64,000 nucleotides of DNA, from the NCBI RefSeq assembly GCF_001194135.2, contig NC_068982.1, positions 59,663,448 through 59,727,447 on the forward strand, given 5' to 3'. The translations under genes and the position numbers were made by a program. Shown piece by piece: positions 60,371-64,000 of this stretch. Numbering within the stretch: position 1 is the first letter of the stretch; each line of letters opens with the position of its first letter. Source of the DNA: Octopus bimaculoides (taxonomy: Eukaryota). The notes beneath the pieces were generated by a model. That model saw nothing but the letters and a program-made list of their open reading frames with translations, searched no databases and was not told where the DNA came from.

Positions 60371-60685
60371 ATAAATGAATAAATAACAGATGGATAATGT
60401 GTCAATTCACTCCAAATTTTTAATTAATTGATTAATGGAAATGTTACATCATTAGTAAAAAACGTTTTCATCAGTTGAATACATGAACCACAACAATCAA
60501 AAGCATTCAAAAACCAATGAGATGTGCATCTTCATGATTCTATGATCCTTGCTGGTTCATGTATTCACCTGATGAAAATGGTTTTTTCTAATGATGTAAA
60601 GTCTCCATTAATCAATTAATTAAAAATTCATTGGAAACAACTATAGTGAATTGACGCATTATCCATCTGTTGTTTATTCATATAT
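60371..60685. mobile_element. Fold-back MITE with ~125-bp arms
   Basis: Left arm atgaataaataacagatggataatgtgtcaattcact...tacatgaacca mirrors right arm tggttcatgta...agtgaattgacgcattatccatctgttgtttattcat, with indels. Boundary is uncertain by about 5 bp. Confidence 0.85.
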
Positions 60686-60692
60686 ATATATA

Positions 60693-61050
60693 TTCTTTTA
60701 TTCTTTTATTTGCTTGAGTGATTTGACTGCGGCCATGGTGGAGCATTGCCTTTAGTTGAACAAATCGATCCCAGGATTCATTCTTTTGCAAGCTCACCAT
60801 TTATTCTTTCAGTCTCCTCCGCCAAACCACCAAGTTACAGGGACATAAACACACCAACATCGGTTGTCAAGGTGGGGGACAAACACAGACACACAAACAC
60901 ACATAAGTGCACACACACACACACATAAGTGCACACACACACACACACATATATATGACAGGCTTCTTTCAGTTTCCATCTACCAAATCCACTCACAAAG
61001 CTTTGGTCATCAAGGCTATAGTAGAAGACACTTGCCCAGGGTGCCCCACA
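60693..61050 (-). mobile_element. SINE family A, near full length
   Basis: Tail, (CA)n centre with a 24-bp duplication, and head region to gacacttgcccagggtgcc. Confidence 0.85.
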
Positions 61051-61295
61051 ATGTATAAATATCACTACCTTCCTCTATCTGCAAGCCTTTCTCCTTCTTC
61101 TTCACCCTCTCTCTCAATATATTATATATTTATATATCCATATTAAATATCTATCTAACTATTCCTTATCTTTAACTTTTACTGCTTTCAGTCATTGGAC
61201 AGTGACCACGATGGGATACTGTACGTGTGTGTGTGTTTGTGTGTATTCATGTGTGTATATACACATAAATACATTCAAACATATGTATATTAACA

Positions 61296-61482
61296 GAGAG
61301 ACAGAGAGAGAGAGAGAGAGGAAGGGAGGAAGAGAGAGAGAGAGAGAGAGGAAGGGAGGAAGAGAGAGAGAGAGAGAGAGGAAGGGNNNNNNNNNNGAGA
61401 GAGAGAGGAAGGGAGGAAGAGAGAGAGAGAGAGGAAGGGAGGAAGAGAGAGAGAGAGAGGAAGGGAGGAAGAGAGAGAGAGA
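61296..61482. repeat. Compound (GA)n/gaagggaggaa minisatellite with N-gap
   Basis: Direct inspection. Confidence 0.9.
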
Positions 61483-61659
61483 TGTCTTTCATATGTGAAA
61501 GACAGGAAGAACTAGACAGAGAGAGAGGGAAGGGTTTTATGTGTGAAAGTTAGAGAGAGAAGTGGAAGAGAGAGTGAGAGTTTATGTAAGAAAAAAAAGA
61601 GTATGAAAAATTAGTTTATATTTAATAAGAACAAGGAAAGCCAAAGAAAGAGTGTGGAA

Positions 61660-61694
<35 letters not shown>

Positions 61695-62057
61695 GTTTAT
61701 ATATGTGAACAACAGGGAGAGAAAAAGAAGAAAAGAAGCGATGAGTGTGGGGAGAGCAACAAATCAGTGAACAGTCCTTACTTCGGAAAGCATATAGGCC
61801 ACCTGAGGCTTAATGAGTTTGGAAAGAAAGCAGGAGGAAGAAAAGAAAAAAAAAGAAAACAGATAGAAAATGGGAGTAGCGTTAGGTGTTAATTAAGTGA
61901 CCAATAATGCTACCAAGAAACAAAAGCAGCAAAGAAGAACGTTAAATTATGATGATAATAATAATAATGATGATGATGATGATAAATTGCATAGAAAATA
62001 ATGAAGAAAATGTCTAGGATAAATAAGAGAAACAAAGACAGTATAGAAGAAAAACGG

Positions 62058-62171
62058 TATCACCATCATCATCATCATCATTATCATCATCATCATCATC
62101 ATCATCATCATCGTCATCACCATTGTACCCATCATCATCATAATCATCATCATCGTTATCACCATTGTACC

Positions 62172-62217
<46 letters not shown>

Positions 62218-62255
62218 GTCGTCGTCATCATCATCATCATCGTCATCATCATATC
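62058..62255. repeat. Imperfect (CAT)n microsatellite
   Basis: Direct inspection; source of the poly-His/poly-Met ORFs. Confidence 0.95.
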
Positions 62256-63168
62256 GTGACCAACATTGTCATCAGCAGCAACATCTTCATCAGCATCATC
62301 GTAAGAGTATTTAATGGAATTAATAAAGAGGAAGAAGGAGGATGAAGGATGAAGAAGAGAGATCAAGAAGAAGAAGAAGAAAGGCGATCAAGAAGAAGAG
62401 AGATCAAGAAAAAGAAAAAAAGGAGGACGAAGTGGAGAGAATATAATAATTAAAAATATAATTTCAAAAAAATTATTTTGAAAAAAAAGAAAAAAGTAAA
62501 AAATGCAAACCTAAATACACACATACAAAAAACAAACAAACAAGAAAACAAAAAAAAACAAACAAACATACTCAGAACCAGAATTTATAATAGAGGAAGA
62601 ATACAGGAAGCTAACAATGTGAAGAAGTCAAGAGTTGAAAAAGAGAAAAGGTTAAGTGGTTTTGTAAATTGGAAAGGTTCTTGTTTTAGGTGGTTGAATC
62701 TGTGATCCTGAAAACCTCGCATGCCATCTCCCCTAGCTTTAACCCTCCACCACTGCCACCACCACCACCAACAACAACAACAACTCCTCGCTCACTCTAT
62801 GGTTCTACTAATTTGTTTTATTTTCTTTGTTATAATTTTTGTTTTGTTACTTTGTTAATTATTTTGTATTATTATATTTTTATATTTTTATTTTATGTTT
62901 GATTTTTTTAGATTTCTTATTTTTATGTTTATATTTATTTCTACTTATTTATTTTATTTTATTTTATTTATTTATTTATTCATTTTTGTTCAGGGAGTTC
63001 CATTCAGATAACCAATTAATTACAGTTTCGAAGTGAAGTTCATTAGCGAGAATTGGTAACCTTGGTAAAGAATCGGTTTGTTTGGAAACATTAGATCTGG
63101 AAAATATCTTTTTGAATGTGTATTCATAATATCTCTCTTCCTCTCTCTCTCTCTCTCTCTCTCTCTCG

Positions 63169-63211
<43 letters not shown>

Positions 63212-63414
63212 ACACACACATACACACACACACACATACACACACATATTCCAAATGTGTATATGTGATTGCATAAGTTTCAAGTGTGTGTGTGTGTGTT
63301 GTTATAAATAGGTCTAAGTGAAATATCATATCTGTCTATGTATTTATTGAGGTGAAGAGTAATTCACGGAAGGTAAAAATAGCCATCTACAATCATTAGA
63401 TTATGAAAGACGTT

Positions 63415-63740
63415 CCAGCTATGGCCATCACATCGATTTGAGTTCTTGTTTTGCAATCATATAGCTTAGGTTCATTCCCATCGTGTAACACTTTGGGCAA
63501 GAATTTGACCAATGCTTTGTGAATGAATTTGATAGATGGAAGCCCTTCATGTGTGTGTATGTATACATGTGTGTCTGTGTGCATGCATGTGACTATCTGT
63601 GTATATATGTGTGTGTGTTTGTGTATCCAGTCTTCGTGCATTTCCTCCACCACCACTTGGTGACAGGCATTAGTTTGTTTATGCCCCCATAACTTTAGGA
63701 GTTTGGCAAAAGGAGCCGCACTTTTAAAGATAAGTACACT
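63415..63740 (+). mobile_element. Decayed SINE family A
   Basis: ggttcattccca..cactttgggcaag..gatagatggaagccc..ttgtttatgcccccataactttagg..tttggcaaaagg..ataagtac. Confidence 0.6.
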
Positions 63741-63819
63741 GGAATGTTCTTCCCAACACCAACCACTTGACAGAGTGTACAGGGTGCTTTTGTTTAGTGA
63801 TGGTGTCATGATAAAAAAT

Positions 63820-63985
63820 GCACCCAGTACACTCTGTAAAGTGCTTGACATTCAGAGGGGCATCCAGCTGTAGAAACCATGTCAAAACAGACAACAGAGC
63901 TTAGCATGGCCCTTTAGCTTGCCAGCTCTTGTCAAACTGTATCACCCAAGCCAGCATGGAAAGCAGACTTTATATGATGATGTGG
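63820..63985 (+). mobile_element. Decayed family E retro-repeat
   Basis: gagggcatccagctgtagaaacc...cccaagccagcatggaaagcagac...atgatg. Confidence 0.7.
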
Positions 63986-64000
63986 AGGAGGAGGAGGAGG

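Noticed and set aside
2846-63311. YIYI/HTHT/CVCV/poly-His/poly-Met/LSLS ORFs
   Set aside because: Translations of (TA), (CA), (CT) and (CAT) microsatellites.

Overview
AT-rich, repeat-dense eukaryotic genomic DNA from a gapped draft assembly (8 N-runs). The repeat landscape (tRNA-headed SINE families, RTE-derived short repeats with (GAT)n tails, very dense (TA)/(CA)/(GA)/(CAT) microsatellites) looks like an octopod cephalopod (Octopus sp.). That assignment comes from my recognition of the repeats and was not checked against a database. No long intact ORF, recognisable gene, rRNA, true tRNA or CRISPR array is present. Nearly all ORF-track entries are microsatellite translations, N-gap artefacts or TE debris. 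Well-supported TE content: two decayed mariners and a mariner MITE; a Merlin (ISXO2/IS1595-like) transposase pseudogene interrupted by a GG-terminal MITE with an exact 8-bp TSD; a non-autonomous Helitron; an internally deleted FLYWCH-MULE; an RTE reverse-transcriptase relic; one clear and one tentative very short solo LTR; several fold-back elements, one carrying head-to-head telomere-like repeats; and >25 SINE copies. CpG content is high at about 20-38 kb and low on both flanks. I infer an unmethylated, DNA-transposon-rich domain between two methylated gene bodies. Candidate small exons suggest a minus-strand gene running leftward from about 20.9 kb and a second gene right of about 38 kb whose strand I cannot settle. 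I did not find a demonstrably new biological system; the best leads are listed as findings.
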